From Octopus bimaculoides (Eukaryota), in NCBI RefSeq assembly GCF_001194135.2, contig NC_068981.1, positions 87,724,049 through 87,788,048 on the forward strand: a stretch of 64,000 nt of DNA. The letters run 5' to 3'. Both the position numbers and the translations under genes were made by a program. Positions 50,001 to 64,000 of the stretch are shown one piece after another. Under the pieces are notes generated by a model. That model saw only the letters and a list, made by a program, of their open reading frames with translations, did not search any database and was not told where the DNA came from. Numbering within the stretch: position 1 is the stretch's first letter; each line of letters starts with the position of its first letter.

Positions 50001-51779
50001 ATATTTGATATCTGACATTGAAACTAAATGGTGCAAATATACTCCACGTAATGTTTTGAAATGATAGTATAACAATACTGTGGCTTTTGCCTGTACATGC
50101 AGACAAAGAAACAAATGTAAACCATCTAAACATTAAAGACCATCAAAAGAAAAGTGCTTGCTTGTTTGCAGAAGTTTCAATTCTGGTTTGGCTTCGATTT
50201 GTGATACTTCTGGTATTATATTATTCTCACTTCTCTCCCTCCCACCTTGATAGACTTTGTATGGTGAGGTTTTTTTTGTCCAGTGAAGGAAAGTGAAGAC
50301 ATTTCAGGTGAGGGATATCAACTGCCTCAATTGTGTAAATTCTAAAAACTTAGAATGAATATAGTATCATCATTTTATGTCCACTTTTCTATGCTGGTAT
50401 GGGTTGGCCAGGTCTTCATGATTTGAGTCAAATCTTATTCAGAATCTGTATCTTCCTACCTGGAGGACCTTGTCTAACATATACATTAAATTTTTGGCAT
50501 GGTTTTTATGGCTGGATACCCATCCAATACCAGTCACTTAATGGAGTACACTGGGTACATCTTATAGTATTGGCTCTAAAGAGGTTGTCATACATTTAGC
50601 AAAATTAAAGATCTCTCTACCCTACACTGCCTCTGTTCATTCACCAACCACTTTCCAGGGTGGACTGGGTGCATTTTCTCAGGGCACTAATACTAAAGTT
50701 GCCTTTATCTCTGTACTATACATTGTCCTTTTTTTTTCTCAAAGCAAACATGACTGATAGTATGAATAAGAGGGTAGAAGAAAAGAGCATGTTAGAATGG
50801 TAGGAAGGGTGTAATGGAAGCATTAGTGATAGCTACTTATTGATTGTTGTAAGGAGATTGTATAAGAAACCTGATGCATGATGAGATAGAAATAAAGATG
50901 GGTCACAGTAAGAGAGCTCATGATGGATAGCAGTAATGATGAGTGATGGTGAGAGTGATAGATGTCAAGAAAGGTCATGTGAACCAGAGAGACTGAAGAC
51001 AATGGCAAATAGTGAAGGAATGAAGATAAGGGTACATGTGGACTAATCTCATGCTGGCTCTTTGTTATTCAAGCATCATTGATCAGACTGATCAAATATC
51101 ATAGGTGGCATACTTAATTGGGATTGGGGGTGAGAGGGTAGTTGGTAGAGATTTAATAGGAATAAGNNNNNNNNNNNNNNNNNNNNNNNNNNNNNNNNNN
51201 NNNNNNNNNNNNNNNNNNNNNNNNNNNNNNNNNNNNNNNNNNNNNNNNNNNNNNNNNNNNNNNNNNNNNNNNNNNNNNNNNNNNNNNNNNNNNNNNNNNN
51301 NNNNNNNNNNNNNNNNNNNNNNNNNNNNNNNNNNNNNNNNNNNNNNNNATAGCTACTTATTGATTGTTGTAAGGAGATTGTATAAGAAACCTGATGCATG
51401 ATGAGATAGAAATAAAGATGGGTCACAGTAAGAGAGCTCATGATGGATAGCAGTAATGATGAGTGATGGTGAGAGTGATAGATGTCAAGAAAGGTCATGT
51501 GAACCAGAGAGACTGAAGACAATGGCAAATAGTGAAGGAATGAAGATAAGGGTACATGTGGACTAATCTCATGCTGGCTCTTTGTTATTCAAGCATCATT
51601 GATCAGACTGATCAAATATCATAGGTGGCATACTTAATTGGGATTGGGGGTGAGAGGGTAGTTGGTAGAGATTTAATAGGAATAAGATGGGTGGGAGACC
51701 CAATATAGATAGGTATCCAAACCTCCATCACTATTATTTTAACAATTGTTTTGCCATGCTTGCACCACAGAGCAAGTTT

Positions 51780-52240
51780 TTTCCAGCATTGCATCACCAG
51801 TCATGACAGTTTGTCATCTCCTTCATAAGGTTCAGCTTCTTGAGATCAGCCTCCATTACTTCGTCTCACTCTTCTATAGACTCCAGCCACTTCAATTGCT
51901 CAACATTACTTTATACCGCTAACGTCTTCCATGTGCCAGTTGTCTCTCTTGCACACAGTCTGATTTCTTTTATATCTAGCTTTTCACTTGGCTCATTTGT
52001 GCTTTGCCAATCATGCATATTTATCATTACACATCCAATGGAGTATTTTTCTTTTTAGTCACTGCAAATTTTCTACATTCAAGGTTCACATCTTGTGAAT
52101 TTATATTCATCACAATTTATATTCAAGTGCCACAAAATTTGCTCCTCGCTATCATCATCATGTACACTTTTTCTGAAGAACTATGATAAATAGAATGGTC
52201 CAAAAAGTGAACCCTGGTGCACTGCTAAATTTATTGCTGT
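51780..52240 (-). mobile_element. RTE-clade LINE, 3' fragment, degenerate
   Basis: Nucleotide similarity to 3390-3870 (...tgagatcagcct...ttttt..cac...catccaatggag...). Confidence 0.5.
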
Positions 52241-54119
52241 ATTCCTTAGTAACTCTCATTTTGATGACTGCATGTCTGGCTGTGACAGGAAGGGCATCTA
52301 GCCATAGAATATCTGCCTTAACATATTCTGTTTGACTTATGCAAGCATGGAAAAGTGAATGTTAAATGATGATGATGATTTAAGGTATATTTCAATCAAT
52401 GAATCTAATTTTAAGAGATGAGCAATAAACAGTATTGTCAGCTGGTTCTTTACTATAACTTACAAAATTATTTGGTCATCTGCTCTGTGATGTTGCATAG
52501 CTATAAAGTAAGCTTGTTTGCAGAAGTTTCAATTCTGGTTTGGCTTCGATTTGTGATACTTCTGGTATTATATTATTCTCACTTCTCTCCCTCCCACCTT
52601 GATAGACTTTGTATGGTGAGGTTTTTTTTGTCCAGTGAAGGAAAGTGAAGACATTTCAGGTGAGGGATATCAACTGCCTCAATTGTGTAAATTCTAAAAA
52701 CTTAGAATGAATATAGTATCATCATTTTATGTCCACTTTTCTATGCTGGTATGGGTTGGCCAGGTCTTCATGATTTGAGTCAAATCTTATTCAGAATCTG
52801 TATCTTCCTACCTGGAGGACCTTGTCTAACATATACATTAAATTTTTGGCATGGTTTTTAGCTACTTATTGATTGTTGTNNNNNNNNNNGATGAGATAGA
52901 AATAAAGATGGGTCACAGTAAGAGAGCTCATGATGGATAGCAGTAATGATGAGTGATGGTGAGAGTGATAGATGTCAAGAAAGGTCATGTGAACCAGAGA
53001 GACTGAAGACAATGGCAAATAGTGAAGGAATGAAGATAAGGGTACATGTGGACTAATCTCATGCTGGCTCTTTGTTATTCAAGCATCATTGATCAGACTG
53101 ATCAAATATCATAGGTGGCATACTTAATTGGGATTGGGGGTGAGAGGGTAGTTGGTAGAGATTTAATAGGAATAACAATGATTCAGTTGCTCAGAGATTC
53201 CATCCTACTGAAGTTACCAAAAGTAAATCCTTTGGAATGTGTCAGTACCTCTAGCATGTCGTACAGTTTAAGTTTTTGATATCAACTTGCCTAAAATCTT
53301 CTAGTTCTATGATACAAATTCCCTGCTTTTACCTTCTAGCATTTAAACTGGCCATGTCAGGTCCAAATATTCTACATGTTTTATGTTCAAACTGACAGTG
53401 TCATTCTAAAAATATACTATCACATCATTGAAATCAAGAAGCAATGCGATGGTTAATTCAAACCAATTTGAATAAATAGCCATTATGTTTGACAGAATAA
53501 TCTGAATGCTAAAGGGTTAAAGTGATCTAAATTAAAACCTTCCATCAAAATTTCATGTTAATTTATGTTCCAAACACCAGCTTAATAATGACAAAGTTAT
53601 TTTACAAAATTCTTCAATATTTTCAAAATCAGTTGAAACAAAAGCAGTGTATTTCAAAAGAAATGTGGTACCAAAAAGGGTTAAAATCACTTCATGCTTG
53701 GGGAAACTTAGTGGAGTTTGCTATGTTACAAGCATTTGGAACTGGCTCTAGTCCCTCTTCACCACTAACCGCAAGCTGTTGAATTTGGTTACAGTTGCAT
53801 CATTGATATGAGTCTGGGAGGATAAAAAAAATATTCTAAGTGATTTGTTGATGTTTTTGGAAAATTGCAAAGTTTGTTTACAAGATTAAAAATGCAACAA
53901 ATCTGAAATATCTCTTATGACTATCTATATCACTGCATCTATTTTTAGAAAAATATGTAATTTATGCTTATCTTTCAGTTGTCCTTCACATGCTAAATAT
54001 GTTTCTTGTGTGTACATTATATCTTGAGTAGTACAGTACATTGTCCTAGTTTATTTGCTTTGATTTTATGGGGAGTTACACATCCATATCTCTTCTTTCT
54101 CTTCTTGCCTTTAACCCTC

Positions 54120-54540
54120 CAACGCGGAGTATAGGCCACTTATAATTGAATTTCATGTCGCATAATTTCTCGCTTCTGTATTTATACTCTGCCATGAATG
54201 TCCCCCTTTCTCTAGTTCCTTTTGTGTTGATCTATGCCACGAGTTCTTATGCCTACCCCTCTTTCTATATCCATCCGGACTCCACTGTAAAGCACTTTTC
54301 ACTGCATTTGGTGTGTCCTTTCTAATTGTGCTACCAATCCACTTCCACTTTTTCTTAATTATTTGCTCTCTAATCGGAGCTTGATTCATTCTTTGCCATA
54401 GCTCCATATTGCTTATGTGTTAGGGCCATCTGATTTTAAGTATACTACGCAAGCACCTGTCGATGAATGATTGTATTTGCTTATTTGACTTAACTGTTGT
54501 TCTCCATGTCTCAGCCCCATACAATAACATCATATGCCAA
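54120..54540 (-). mobile_element. RTE/BovB-like LINE, C-terminal fragment
   Basis: ORF 54153-54407 IREQIIKKKWKWIGSTIRKD...ALQWSPDGYRKRGRHKNSW matches the RRW.WIGH.LRK...W.P.G.R.RGRPK.TW motif. Confidence 0.8.
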
Positions 54541-55782
54541 AGATAAATTACTGTCACCTTCTAAACAGTGTCTTCACTTCATAAAGTAGATATCTTTCAG
54601 TCAAAGTGAGTGACTCAAGGGGACAGTGGGTACTTTTTTAATTCATTACTCAGACTGATTGAGAGAAATATAATCTTGGTCTTGAAAATGCCTGCTCTGT
54701 CACTTGAAGACATTATTGAATTGAATTTCTCCACTACTTTGAAGAGAAATGAGTATATGTCATAAGCTTCTTTCATGCAAGTTTGTGACTGCAGGATGTA
54801 GTAGGAGAGAGGACATTAGAGTAGCATAACTTGTGAAGCAATGATATTGAGTAGGAACTGTGCAGATCATCAATTTTACTATCTATACCTGTGGTTCTCA
54901 ACCAGGGCCATATAAGATTTTGGGGTGGGGTGGCAGTTCATGTATCAAAATAGTAAATTGGGGATCCATGATAGTATTTTAAGGGTCCCTGAAAAAATTT
55001 TGCTTTAGATGTATGTATTGGAAGAAACAGCTAGGCTTCTTTCTCTAACATTTTACATAGTTCAACCTACACTAGCTAATGAGTGGATAACACAGTATTT
55101 GTAATTTTAAGTGAACACTTGTCACTTCAGAAATTCCAAATTTCAAAGTAAGCACATTTCATTTAAACTGTTTTAGATTGCATAATCTTTAAAGTGTTTT
55201 CCAACAAGTAGCATCAAGTAGATATGACACTGAGGATGCCCATGTCCAGTCCATTTCATGGTCAGCTGAATTGTGGATTAAACTACTATTTTGTTTAGTC
55301 TATTACCATTAATTTGGAGACTGCAAATAGAATAATTTTAAAGCATTATAAAATACAAGGAAAATAAAAGGCATTACACAATATAGTAGATGATGCAATG
55401 CATGTCTTCTTGTATGAGGTAATATGCAATATTCCATCAGTCAGCTTGCTAAAGATATATGAAGACATAAAATGCAACCATCTCAAAATATATTTGTGAT
55501 AGTTGCATTTCAAAAACCCTAGATGGCATGCTGATAATCAGGAAAATGGTGGTTCTAGTTCTGCAGGATAGATATTAACCTGATATGATCATTACTAGAC
55601 ATGAATTTGCCAAATTACATTTATGACAGTTGATAGTTTTTCAGGAAAGCAAATTTTGTGGATGAACGAACCAGCCTATGGTTAGAACAGTTCGTAAAAC
55701 AGCAGGGAAAAATCTGAATATCATTGTTGCTGTGTCAAGCACAGAAGAAATAATCGTGAAAGTATTTCACACTTATGTACTG

Positions 55783-55995
55783 TTGCCAGTACCACTTGAC
55801 TGGCCTTCGTGCCGGTGGCACGTAAAAGCACCCACTACACTCTCAGAGTGGTTGGCGTTAGGAAGGGCATCCAACTGTAGAAACTTTGCCAAATCAGATT
55901 GGAGCCTGGTGTAGCCATCTGGTTCACCAGTCCTCAGTCAAATCGTCCAACCCATGCTAGCATGGAAAGCGGACGTTAGACGATGATGATGATGA
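55783..55995 (+). mobile_element. (GAT)n-tailed SINE-like repeat, family B
   Basis: gccagtaccacttgactggc...gtaaaagcaccc...ggaagggcatcc...cgatgatgatgat. Confidence 0.8.
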
Positions 55996-57537
55996 TATTT
56001 GATAATGCATCCATTCACTGTGGGGTTCATGTCTCTATTCAATATATTCATAATTGTTGTTTGAGACATCTGCTACTGTGTTTGTCTATGCTTAATTCCA
56101 TAAAGGAATGCTTCTTGTGTATATATGTAATGTGTGTGTGTACATATATATATAAATAAAAGAGAAGAAAAAGAAAATGGAGATTGGGAAATTAATAATT
56201 GTTTATTATTAACAGCAAATTATCGTCACTTACAGCTGTTCCAATTAATACTTAGTAAATATTAAATTTATATTTATATGACCTGAGCATAATATCTTCA
56301 GAGGGGAAAAAAATATACCCTTGGATGTTTTATGGGTTTATGGATTCATTATAGTTGACTGAATGATACAGTTTATGATTTGTATTGTTATATGTTCGGG
56401 CAAGGGATTTACAGGTTGATAGGCGATAAGATAGAGTTGGTAAATAGAATTAGAACAATCAATGCATAAATTAAATAGAGATGATAGAGGAAGTTTAAAT
56501 ATAAATAAGGTAAGTTTATAGTTAATAAAATAATGGAATATTCGTTTATAAGATATAAATAAGGTTATGAAAATTTGTATATATGCAAGTATGCACGTAT
56601 ACATATACACACACATATATGTATCTGTATGTCCATATGTATACACATGCATATATTCACACATACATACATCTGCACATATACATATATATGCACGAAT
56701 GCATTAATACATGTGCACACTCACATACATGTATGTATATATATGTGTTTACACTTTTTACCCATCACCTCTAAGAAGAAGTTAATATAGATCCATGTAA
56801 AAATTAAGTTGTATGTAAAAATTCTTATATATATATATATATACACATGCAAAAAACAAACTCTAGCTGTCACATACAAGCAGTTATGACTTTGTAGCAT
56901 ATCATATGCTTTTGTTAATTATTTTAGCTGCCTTTGTAGTTGCAAGCAGATGTCGACATCGTCTCAGGTTTCTCACTTTTTACTCAGCAGAAATGAAGGA
57001 TGTAACAGCTGGAAGGGGAGAGGATTGCATTAGCACTCAGCTGGTACTCATTACAGCTGAGTAGATTAGAGCAATATGAAATGGACTGCCTTGCTCAAGT
57101 GCACAGCTCATGAACCCATATCCTTATGAACATCACTGCAATACCCTAATCACTAGGCTATGTACCTTGTGTATAAAATGTGCACTAAAAGGAGAACTTT
57201 GCTTCACAGACATTCATGCAATCTTCATGAACAATCCTGCAGGTGTTGCAAAAGTCATACTCTAACTCAGTCTCTTGTCTCTTTTGGACAGGAGATGGCA
57301 CCAATGGATAGGTGGACAGCTGAAAACTTGGATTTGTATGATCATGCCAGATCTTGAATTGAATTGATATCTTATCTTTATATGGTGTCTGCTTTTGGAA
57401 TCATGATTGGTTGATGAAATTCATGTTAGATGTCTCTGATTGCTATGCAGGTTTGGCTTTTGTTTCCAGTGATCTAGGTCCACCAGTTGATGCTAGCTAA
57501 ACTCAATGTGGGTAAACACTGACGCATGTACAACTAA

Positions 57538-57583
<46 letters not shown>

Positions 57584-58327
57584 CTTCATTCTCACAAAGT
57601 TTTGTATATTCTATACATATTCACTATAAATGTGAATGACTTAGTATCTATGGAATATCACTTATTGGTAAATTATTTCCAATCATTGTACCATTATTTT
57701 TTTAATAGGAAAAAATTGATAAGAATTTACTGTTTTTATTTAAATTCAGTTGCTCCTTTATTTTGAAACTATTACTATGTGATATTTCAACTGTCTTTTT
57801 AACCTATTCGACACTTAACTGCTCATAGATCTATGATACAAATTTCCTATTTTAAAGTGATCTAAATTAAAGCCTTCCATGAAAATTTCATATTTATATT
57901 CCAAACACCAGTTTTATAATATTTAATACAGTTATTTTACAAAATTCTTCATTATTACCAAAGTTAATTAAAACAAAAGCAGCATGTTTTAATAGGAATT
58001 TTGTAATGAAAGCGTTAAAGCATTACTTATTTACAATTAGTGTTATAAAAATAAAAATATTAGGGTAAAAGTTATGCTAAAAACAAAGATTTAAGAATGA
58101 TTCCAAAAATGTTTATTCTGGAAACCAATAAATTTTAAACAGAAATTAACTATTGAATTAAGTGAATGAAAGTAAGTCAAAAATATGGTGAAAATAATGT
58201 AGAAAGTGTGAAAGAAACAATTTTTTTCTCATTTTTGTTCGAAACATTTATGTAATTAGAAAATAAGATTACTATGAAATGTATATGTAGGAATTTAAAA
58301 GTATTTTATATATCTTTTTGATTTTAG

Positions 58328-58386
58328 GATGCTCCATTCCTTTATGGTCTTGGGACTGTGTACTTTCATTTTGGGGCTTTTCATTG
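58328..58386 (+). CDS. KDM6A: UTX-like, coding exon 5 (gene continues past the window)
   Basis: ttttag| acceptor, 59 nt. Translates DAPFLYGLGTVYFHFGAFH(W), compare UTX [20 protein letters not shown]. Donor TG|gtgagt. Exon 6 was not found before 64000. Confidence 0.93.
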
Positions 58387-58841
58387 GTGAGTAATTTTAT
58401 TCCATTATTCTTAGCTGTTTGATAGCTGCTTTGTATTCATCGTCATTTTATGCCCATCTTTCACGCTGGCATGGGTTGGGCAGTTTGAATACATCACCAT
58501 CATTATTATCTTAATGTCAACTTTTCTTAGTTCACATGAGCCAAATGGAATTTATTGAAACCAATTTTCTACAGTAGGATGCTCTTGTTACCAACCTCCA
58601 CCTGTTCCCAGGGGAAATAATATTTTTCTATGACCAGAAATGTTTCCAGGGAAGATTGGAAATGAACACCACTCACGTGATGGCGATATTTGTTTTCAAC
58701 TATCACTCAATGCCAAGGAGAGAGTAACACACACACACACACACACACACACTACCTAAATTCCCTCAATGCCTTAGTCAGCCCAGAACTATAGTAAAAG
58801 ACACTTGCTCAAGGTGCTGCAGAATCCCGAACCATGTGGTT

Positions 58842-58957
58842 GGGAGGCTTCTCATCACACAGCCTGTTAAAGAATCTTTGTATTCAAAATATATTAAAAG
58901 GGAGGCTTCTCATCACACAGCCTGTTAAAGAATCTTTGTATTCAAGATATATTAAAA
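58842..58957. repeat. 58-bp tandem duplication
   Basis: 58842-58899 and 58900-58957 differ at one base. Confidence 0.9.
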
Positions 58958-61362
58958 TTTCTTTTTAAGATGAAGTTTATTGAAATTTTTAATTTAGAAT
59001 TCTTTTCACTTGGGTATGATTTATGATTGATACAAATGATCTTTGTTATTGCTTTGGTTGCTATATTAAAAGTATAAAACTAAAATTGCATCAACTTATC
59101 TTTTAACTGATACATTATAAAAAAAGTTATATTGATTTTAGATAAGTTAATTCTTCTGTAATTTATTTTATAATTTAATGTTATAAATTTTGTTTATATA
59201 TATAGTTTCAAAACTTTTAGCTTTTTATTTTCATTTACATATTGTTTTGGATGTACTGCCATTTTTACTTATTTTGCATCTTATTTAAAAGGTATAAAAC
59301 TTTAAATTAACAGTGATGTTTGTCACATTGAATGTGTTAAAAATCATAAAACATTAGCTTTAACTTTTAACTTTCAAATTTTTTGAAATTCACATTTTTT
59401 GTTTCTATTGTATTTGATATATTTTTTATTGCAATTAAGATGAGAATATTATCAGCGTTCACTTCTTAAATGGTTAATAAATGTTTTACTTTTGGTATCT
59501 TGAACATTTTTTTCCAGGTTAGTTTTTGTTGTACATTCTTCTGTAGACCCACTTCTAAATTTCAAACTGTGTTGCATGATTATTCCACCTTAAATTAAGT
59601 GTGTTGAATTTACATTTATAAATGAGATTTCAAGTTATTATTGTCTGAAAATATTAGACTTCAAATATTAGTGAAGACAACTATGCATGTCATGTATAAT
59701 AGATTTTGTGGGTTTCATTAAAAAAATCCGGTTGATGCAATTAATCTAGAATCTGCTAAGCAGAGGTGTTAGTCTGAGTTATTTCCCTTGAGTGTGTTGC
59801 CCTTTTAATAACAAAACCACTTAGCGCGGAAGTTTCTTCATGCTCGCTCGACCTGCTGAAAATAGCAGCCAAAGCTTTCTTCGCACATTATTACACTTTA
59901 CCTTCATAAAAAAGGAAAGCATAATATAGTCCTTAATGCAGTATGACTGGGATGGGGGTGGAAATTACCGCTTTGGCTACCAGTCTGATCAGTGCTAATC
60001 TGGAGTTAGACAATGACTTGTCACAAGAAATTTAGTATGTACATTTTACTAAATATACTTAAAATACGTACATTTGATCTCGATATGAAATAATAATTTT
60101 GAAGATAGCGAATATAGCTAAATAGTTGTGTTTTCATGGAATTTTGACAAAATACTTTCAATATAAGCAAATGATAAAAACCAATTATTAATTGATATAT
60201 TTTTACCTTGTTTGATTTGAATAGAATACAGGTAGCTTATAAATATTGCACCAAACTATACTGTAAAGCAGTTTTTTTTTGCAGTTACTTTTTCATTCAA
60301 TAAAAACATATGGCAAAATAAAACAGATTGAACTGTTTACTATAACATTAGACATATTCACATTGATAGCTATAAACAATTTAATAAAACCTGTTTATTT
60401 CGTATACATTGGAATAAATTTTCAGTTACCTTTTGAGATCAGTAATCCATCAATAAATCAACATCATTAACTTCAAGGGATGAGAATGAGGTTATAGACT
60501 TAATTCAATGAAAATTTACCTCCTACTCTACAATGCTGTCACAGAAAGGATTTTTATCCTTCCATTATTTACTCTTTCATGATAAAAGGTAATCATTAGC
60601 AAAAGATCAATACTATTGATGTTTTATCAGAAAATCTATATTTGCAATAGTTATATATAGTGAAGCACATACAAGTGTCGTGTTTTAATGCACATTGAAA
60701 CACATGCAGATGTGAACTCCTAAAATCTATATGCCGACAGTTCTTTAACCAGTTAGCTATTTTTATTTCACAGAGAAAATGGATTAATTGTTAAAAAAAC
60801 AATCAAAATATAATAGACTTCTTCCTAGCAAAGTGGCTAAATGTTTGTTGTAAGTAAACTTGTTTTAAATTGTGAAGTCAATTGAACCTAATATCTTATG
60901 TAGATGCATGTGAGAAATTCCTTGGAAAATAATATAAAAAAGTATGGAAGAGTGATATAAAGATATATCATCATTATATAATGTCCATGCTGACATGGGT
61001 TTGATAGGATTCAGTGGATCCAAGGACTGCATTGTTCTCCAATGTTTGTTTTTGGTATGGTTTCTACGGCTGGATGTTCTTTCTAATATCAACTACTTCA
61101 CTGTATGTGCTAGGTGCTGTTTCTTTTTTTCATGCCACCAAGCACTAGTGAGGTCACCATGCAGCTTGCATGACTATATATATACACACATATGCACACA
61201 CGTTTTTCTGTATTAGCATGAATTGGAAGATTTGAGGTAGTATTTTATGGTGGGATGCACTTCCTGTTGCTAACCCTTAAGGGTTATGTTTTTTTAAAAT
61301 TCCATCTGTCTTTGAAAGTACAAAGTTATAGGACATTGTCAATAAGGAATGCAAATATTCAT

Positions 61363-61412
<50 letters not shown>

Positions 61413-63711
61413 ATACATGTGCATAATGGGTTTATAATTTCACTTACAAGGTATTGATTGGCCTGTGGTTATATTAGAAGGTATTTGTTCATAGAATCCA
61501 AAACATCATGTAAATATAATTTTTAAGTATTGTCCATATGTTTAGAACTTTATAAAGAGAAGCATGAACTAAAATTAACAGCCAACTTAAAATAATTGAA
61601 ATATGGTATCATCCCATTCTGTTTTTTTGTTTTTTTTCTCAGAACATTTTGCTATTCTCTGCATTCTTTTATCATTCTTCTCTGCGTTTTGTTGCTGTAC
61701 AATAATTGTCACATTATATACACAAATATCACACAACTTGACCTTCATTTGGAAAGAGAATCTCTTTATTGCCAATGGAAATAATACCTCATTGAATTAA
61801 TTCTTACTCTTGCTACTATGCTTTCAGAATACCCACCTACATTGTCAGTTTCTTTTTGGGAGCCTTTTGGGCATTTTAGGAATTTATTCAATGGGTGCTC
61901 TAACTTACACCTTTCTATCTGCTACATACATTGACTTTTGCTGTTAGCATACCTGTGATCCCACTACACCTTTTGTGTATTCATAGTTTAATTGGATATA
62001 CTTTATGGTATTCCTGCTTCCTCTTTTTTTACATATTGAGCAGGTTATTTCACAGATGGTCCTGCTTTCTTCCTGCTAGCTAAAACTTTGTCTTTCTTAG
62101 ATTTACTTTAAAGCCTCTTGAATGTAGGCTTTGCCTGTTTAATTCTTTGACAGAATTCTAGTTTGTTGCATCTCAAAATTTCTTCAATCAGGAAAAAATT
62201 TGAATTTTATAATTTTGTAGATTTAACCTTTTTGATACCAATGTGCCTGGTATTACAGTCCTTGTATGAATGAATTAAGAGTAAGAGTATTTTCTTTATT
62301 TTTTTTTTTGTTCCTTTTTAATTTTTTAACCTTTTAATATTCTCTTATTTATAATTTCACTTTGCTGTTTGATAGTTTTTAGTTTCACTGGAGTATTTTG
62401 TTTTATTAATGTGCACAATATTTGTTTGTTTATCTCATTCTCATAGTTCTTAATTGGAGTTATTTTGTATGTTTCTCTCTTGTGTTTAGTAAGGATTATT
62501 TTTGTGTGTATCTCTTGTGTTTAGTTGGGATTACTTGTGTGTATGTATCTCTCTCATAGTGTTTAATCACTGCATATGTCTCTCTTATAGTGTTTAGAAT
62601 TACTTGTATGTCTTGTTTTTCATTAGGATTACTGTATTTGTGTGTTTGTGTTTAGTTATTAGTCAAGATTACTAGTGTTGTATGTGTATTGTAGATTTTA
62701 GTTGGATTTACATGTGTGTGTGTGTATTATTTGTGCTTTTAGTGTTTTTTCTCATTCTCAGTGTTTAACTGGTGTATACTTGTGTGTGTGTTCCTTCTCT
62801 AGCAATTTAGTCAGATTGTATCCATGCCTTCCTTTAACTTCGCATTTTGTCGGACTTTTATAAATGTTTAATTTTTTTTGAAAACTACTTTTTAAGCATG
62901 TTTCATTGATTTTCATTATTCTCTTTTGCTATTTACCCTCCTAACATTTTATATTACATAAAACTTAAACTGTTTGTCTCTATGGTTTTTGCACCATTGA
63001 TGTTTAATGGTTTGCTCTATTAACATTGCACTTAGTCTCTTTCCTGAGCTTTTCCTCATTTCCTTTCACTTAGATATTTCCAGTGTCTTCTTACCTTTCA
63101 ACAAATTTACTTGTTTTATATACTTCTTTGAAATTATTTTCAATAGGTATGTATTTTCACTTAAAATAATCTGTTTTAAACAGTTATTTTACAGAAACAA
63201 GGCTTCTAATAAACAATTGTCTAGAATTATTGTTAGGAAAATTATGTAACAAGCCATAGAGCATATGAATACTATATAAGAATATGTTTTATGACCAAGG
63301 TTGGAATTCAAAATTGTTTTTAATTCTACAGAGTATCCCTAAGCTACTATTTTTATTACAATAAAGTTATTTGTTGAAGATATTCTAAGGTTCTTTTTTG
63401 TTTTATCCAAGTGGATTGAAGTGTTTGATTTGAAATTTTCAATATCTTTAAAAATATGTAATTTACTAACAAATGTTCATAAATACCAAGTTATTTTTAG
63501 ATTTTCTCTTATTTTGTGTATACTTTCACCTGATCTTCTTGCACAACAATTAGTTTACTTTTCTGATATTACATTTGTACAGCTGCCTTTGTAGTTCTTC
63601 AGCAATGAGTCTTCTACCATATTTTTCCTTCAGTAGCCAGCATTTTCTGAATTTGAATAGATATAATAATATAAACTGAGACATTTCCCTTCAGCTAGTG
63701 AAGTAGAACTT

Positions 63712-64000
63712 CATCATCATCATCGTTTAACGTCCGCTTTCCATGCTAGCATGGGTTGGACGATTTGACTGAGGACTGGTGAAACCGGATGGCAACACCA
63801 GGCTCCAGTCTGATTTGGCAGAGTTTCTACAGCTGGATGCCCTTCCTAACGCCAACCACTCAGAGAGTGTAGTGGGTGCTTTTACGTGTCACCCGCACGA
63901 AAACGGCCACGCTCAAAATGGTGTCTTTTATGTGCCACCCGCACAAGCCAGTCCAGGGGCACTGGCAACGATCTCGCTCGAAAATCCTACAGGAGCCAGT
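63712..64000 (-). mobile_element. (GAT)n-tailed SINE-like repeat, family B, young copy cut by the window edge
   Basis: Nearly identical to about 9955-10240. Confidence 0.8.

Noticed and set aside
50150-53180. Near-identical blocks repeated two or three times (about 50150-50515 = 52510-52860; about 50830-51166 = 51349-51686, partly again at 52860-53175)
   Set aside because: The copies are essentially identical and their junctions coincide with N gaps (51167-51348, 52880-52889). This is most likely a mis-assembly or unresolved duplication; long reads are needed.

Overview
AT-rich, repeat-dense metazoan genomic DNA. Its SINE/MITE families, microsatellites and gene structure look like an Octopus (coleoid cephalopod) scaffold; that assignment is an inference. 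The six-frame ORF track is almost all noise. Two spliced genes lie on the + strand. (1) A complete TRBP/PACT/Loquacious-family gene with three dsRBDs: 6 coding exons, 12692-21439, 312 aa, with a probable 3'UTR of about 3.8 kb. (2) The first five coding exons of a UTX/KDM6A H3K27 demethylase gene (38163-58386), which continues beyond the window. The rest is tRNA-derived SINEs, RTE-clade LINE fragments, mariner/Tc1 relics, TTAA-flanked MITEs, microsatellites and four assembly gaps. Three observations stand out. First, a cluster of foldback elements at 32.8-36.2 kb carries type-I hammerhead ribozyme folds; one is a perfect 145-bp inverted repeat with an intact hammerhead on each strand. Second, an LTR remnant has its primer-binding site triplicated as a progressively decaying array of tRNA-Trp 3' fragments, the LTR-proximal copy being about 32 nt long. 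Third, a consensus in-frame alternative splice donor could remove most of dsRBD1 from the TRBP-like protein.
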